DNA of 64,000 nt from Pristiophorus japonicus (Eukaryota): contig NC_091990.1 of the NCBI RefSeq assembly GCF_044704955.1, positions 28,272,001 to 28,336,000 on the forward strand, given 5' to 3'. The notes beneath the pieces are model-generated. The model saw only the letters and a list, made by a program, of their open reading frames with translations. It was not told where the DNA came from and searched no databases. The position numbers and the translations under genes were made by a program. This document shows positions 59,691 through 64,000 of the stretch, in pieces (the first letter of the stretch is position 1; every line of letters starts with the position of its first letter).

Positions 59691-60360
59691 TTCTGGTGAA
59701 TTATACAATGGGTGTGGACAGATTTTGCCTGTAAAAATACACAAGTACATTTTGAGAAAATGTAACCTTTTAGCTGAATATAAAGTAGACTAGAGATAGT
59801 CAGTTCTCTGTATATGATGTATAGATCAATAAACAAAAACCGAAAGAAGGGTGTCAGACATGTAATGAGAAAATACTCTTTGGGCAAAAGAACATCACGA
59901 TTGGTTCCATATAATATATTTACTAATAGACAGGAGTGATTTGAATTGATATGTGATATGGCAAGTTCATCTACATAATATATCTCTTGTATTGCATGGA
60001 CATAATGATATAATGGACAAGACACACAAAATTAATAATTTCAGAGGCAATTTTGGAACCACTGTGCCATCCCCAGATCCCATGTAACATCTATTACTTC
60101 CAGCTAGCTTATTTAGTTATCCCGAGTAAAATACAGGAGGATGTGTGGGTTAGGGCCTAAATCCCACTTGTGCAGCTAAAGCTATCTTTGCTTATGAATT
60201 ATTTTGAGTTAACAGGTCAGGCCCTACAGTATTTCTTAAAAATTTGCTTTTGGGAGACGGCTGAATCTGGCAGAACCGCTTCTATTGCCGTCTCTAGCTC
60301 CCCGCCCACCACAGCCCCTCATCGCGCATTTAATTGAGAGAGTTAATCAAGGTTACATAC

Positions 60361-60504
60361 TCGAGGCTCAGTGTGGAGATTCCGAGGGACACCCCAGAGG
60401 CAAACTTGGTGAAGAAGACATAGAACGAGTAAAAAATTGCTTCATGTCCCACGGACTTTGGATTCTTCAGTTTGAAATCATCAATGACATCAGGTAACAT
60501 GGAC
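60361..60504 (-). CDS. MFSD2A: MFSD2A-like exon (144 nt)
   Basis: tttaacag|[48 protein letters not shown]|gtatgt. Confidence 0.93.
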
Positions 60505-60919
60505 CTGTTAAAAGGGCAAACAGGGAGTCTGTTTAGCATCGAACAACTAGAACATTTAGAGCGATGATGTGAGTTTTAAGCAGCAAAGCATCATGATACA
60601 CTTGTAAATAGTGAAATCATCCTAAAAATGGCACCAGGATAGAATTGTTATTATTCATTTCCTGCTAATTGACTATAATGATTGTGAACTCAGAAACAGA
60701 CATCACCATAATCTTTTGCATTCGTAAACATGTGTGCCAAAACTACACTGCAGGAATTTCACTAATATTCAGGCATTCATTGTTCACTATATCTCATAGG
60801 CGGTCCCTCGTATCAAGGATGACTTGCTTCCACTCCAAAAAGGGATGAGTTCACAGGTGTTTCAATGAAGGACCTAATATTCCAGATCCTGATCCTGCAT
60901 CCTGAAGGGTGGAAGCTGT

Positions 60920-61310
60920 CTGTGTCTCTTCCCCCCACCCCATGTTTCTCTCTCCCTCCCCCACCCCTGAGTCTCTCCATCTCCATGTCTCTCTTTGCCC
61001 ATTCTCAGGCTCTATCTCTTTCTCCCCATCCCCCCCACTCCCCCAAGGCTCTCTCTCCCCCCCCCCCCCCAGGCTCCCACTCTCTCTCTCCCTCCCCCCT
61101 CCTCCAGGCTCCCACTCTCTCTCTCTTTCCCCCCACTCCTTCCAGACTCTCTCTCTCTTCCCCCCACCCCCCAGGCTCCCTCTCTCTCTCTCTCTTCCCC
61201 CACCCCCCCCTTCCAGACTCTCTCTCTTGCCCTTCCCCCCCACCCCACCCCCAGGCTTGCTCTCTCTCTCTCTCTCCTCCTCCTCTTCCCCCCCCACCCG
61301 CTCTCCCAAT
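60920..61310. repeat. C/T-rich low-complexity minisatellite (cccccaggctcccactctctctct-like units)
   Basis: Direct inspection; follows an RTE-tailed element at 60795-60915. Confidence 0.85.
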
Positions 61311-61717
61311 GGCTCTCTCCCCGCCGCTGCCGCCCGCAGGCTTGGCGAAACCGCATGGTCGTGGGTCCTAGTTCTGGTTCGGGCCCTAGTTCCGGTTTTG
61401 GCCGGGAGGCGGAGTCCAGAGGATGCAGAAGAAACAGAAAAGCGTTAGTACAAATAATCACTTTGTAAATTATTAGCAAAGAGCCGATGAAATAAGTAGA
61501 TGGCAGCACGCTGCTTGCCGAAGTGCAATGTGCTCCATTTGGTAGCTTCACTTCTTGCTTACCCTGCGGACTCTCCACCGGGACAACACACAAACTGCAC
61601 TATGACTGGGTCATTGGTTTCCAGAACAAGTCGTTTGGGCTTCCATAAAATACTTGCTTGAGCGGAATTACAAAGCCGGTGACTGTAACTGTGAGTTGCT
61701 GAGGAAACGTCACTCAC

Positions 61718-61830
61718 CATGGCAACAGGAAAGCAGCAGCGACACTCACTCCAGAGGCAAATGATGCAACGTAGGCCACGGCTAGATTGCTCTGCACCAG
61801 AACGTTCAGGATAAGGAATGGGACCGCTGA
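61718..61830 (-). CDS. MFSD2A: MFSD2A-like exon (113 nt); upstream exons lie beyond the window
   Basis: ctttgcag|SAVPFLILNVLVQSNLAVAYVASFASGVSVAAAFLLPW(TG)|gtgagt. Confidence 0.93.
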
Positions 61831-64000
61831 CTGCAAAGGGGGGGAAGAAAGAGAACATGTGCACATTAGAATACTGACGGCTGAGACTCTCCTCTGATGG
61901 ATCTGTAAAAAGGCACTGGGATTGCACGAAGGAGCGACGATCCAAGAGTAACTGCTTTGGAGTTGCACTTCCCCTTGGCAGCTTTGACAATACACAGACA
62001 CATTGGCCATGGGGGTTGTGCTGCCATTTTCCACCCACTGAAGTGAATGGGCATGAAATTGTTGGCTCGCGAAGCACATGTGGAAAACCTAGGCCATCAT
62101 CTAGCGTTAGAGAAATAAATAGCATGCATCCTCCCCCTCACACTGAGCAATCCCGCACTGTACCATGATAAACAGAGAAGGAACTTTCTCTCCAGTTGAT
62201 ACTTTCTAGAATTCTGCTGACTGGAAGCCTGCGATTTCTTTGTCCAGTGTAATAGGTACAAATACACCGATTCAGATCACTGGTAAGATTCAAAAATGTA
62301 GCTGGGTCCGGCATTCAGTCAATGGGTATTGGCTGGGACCAATACCCCGATTAAATTAACAGCAACACCAAGGGTGCCTAGTTCAACTTCAGAGGCAAGT
62401 CATGATGCAGCTGGATTCTGCCACTTCAGAATCGGCCCTTTGACCTGGTCACATTCTGAAAGGCGGCATGTGGAAAGCTAGGCCTTCAGCAACACGACTA
62501 GCTTCACGTAGGCAAGCTGAATTGGCGACAAAGTGCAAAGCAAAACTTTCCAACACGATTTAGATCAATGCGAGTGCAGAGTCCAGCCGCTCTGCAACAT
62601 TGATGTATTTTTGGCCAAGAACTTAAAAAAAAATATTGATAGATAACAGGTCGTATGCTATCTTGTGTGTTCATGTTTTGGACTAATACACTATGATATT
62701 AAGATTGGAGTCATATAGGTTTGTTCAAAGTACATTACAAAGCTATGTAACTTACTTTTCAAAAAACGACCTGTTCAATATTTTCACGCTGCATCTATTC
62801 GACAAAGAACACAGGCAAACGGCAGAACCTCTGCAAATAAACCCTTCCTAAATCATAAAGCAATAAAGCGTTTCCTAAAACAGTCTGCACTGTGCCAAAA
62901 TTCAGAGGAAAATTAAAACTTAAACTGTTGTCAAAGATTTGAAATGCTTGGCCCATTAAAGATAATTGGCCCCGTGTGAAACGCAGTTTGTGTTGCACAA
63001 ACTGGGTTTGGTCTCGGACATGAAAGCACAGTATATTAATCCAGCATGGCACTCACACCCCGACAATTTTTGAACAGAGTTTTGAACCAGTAAATAATTT
63101 TGTTTAAAATTTAAAGCTGGCTTGGCTTTCAAAACAGGACTCAAGGGGGTGCAGCGATGGAGGATACCATCGAATAAACAGAATGTTCAGTTGCCTTCAT
63201 TGATGCAGGAAGTGGGAAATGATCACACAGGCTTGGGTGGACGTGAGGAGACACAACATAGCAGCTGGAGAGACAGCCTGTTACTTTGTGTGACCTACAA
63301 GATAATTGTTTCTTTAAAGATCGAGGCGCCAGCTACGATCAGGGCAAACCAATTTGGTAAAGGGGCATCAAACAGGCGCTAGGCGACTTTCTGCAGATGG
63401 AAAGCACCAGTTTCAGCCGCAGGCCCTGGACTCAGGCCCTGGACTCCTCCGTTGATGCCTATACCAATATGGCGAGCGGCGCACTTATGGATCGGAATGT
63501 GCACGTGCTCATTGCCCACCATATTGGATGTTATGGCCCTTGTTTTACACATGTAAAACAGGGCCGCATCATCAAATTTCTAGGCCATAATATTTGATTA
63601 AATATATCAAATTAAAAATCCTGTGTACAATCTCACGACCAAACTATATGCAAAGATCTGATAAAGCATACTTAATATATACACCGTGGCCAATTTTCAA
63701 AAGGGAGAAAAATCAAACTAATTTAACTCACGTATATTCCTTTTTGTGCAACAGATGGGTGTTGAAGGTACATACGCCCTCAGTTCATTCAGCTAAATTT
63801 AAACAGTGTCTTGACTCCCACACCGTACTAAAATAAACATAATTACTAATATAATTCAAACTCTGCACCCTGCCAAACCCCAAAGTTGTTTTTCCCTGCC
63901 CTTTTTTCAAGTTTCTCCACTTTGCTGCCCGGAGGGCTGAGTCCTCGCTGGGAGGAGTGAATCTTTGGAATTCTCTACCCCAGAGAGTTGTGAAAGCTGA

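Noticed and set aside
60851-61593. Long ORFs on both strands (Pro/Ser-rich and Gly/Glu/Arg-rich)
   Set aside because: Artefacts of a stop-poor low-complexity repeat in an intron.

Overview
This is vertebrate genomic DNA, inferred from its repeat content (HE1/SacSINE-type SINEs, CR1 with a (TTTCTATG)n tail, RTE, Mag-type Gypsy, Harbinger, Tx1) to be a cartilaginous fish, probably a shark. Three host genes can be rebuilt from splice sites. The first is the 5' part of a B7/butyrophilin-family Ig gene (minus strand; signal-peptide exon 2562-2619, IgV exon 1107-1460). The second is a complete 441-aa FBXO39 (plus strand; 4 coding exons, 33851-47888). The third is the last four coding exons of an MFSD2A-type lysolipid transporter (minus strand, 56946-61830), lying tail-to-tail with FBXO39. 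The rest is nested transposons: five copies of a young CR1 family (one with an intact 968-aa ORF2), two decayed full-length Gypsy elements, three solo LTRs, two decayed Harbingers, RTE LINEs, L2 and SINEs. The most notable observation is that two separate solo LTRs of one family (28654-29599, 34472-35857) each carry an independently inserted Tx1-clade LINE at the same nucleotide and in the same orientation, each with its own 14-16 bp TSD. This points to a sequence-specific Tx1 family that targets the LTR of an LTR retrotransposon. Boundaries of old repeats are approximate and read by eye; no database searches were run.
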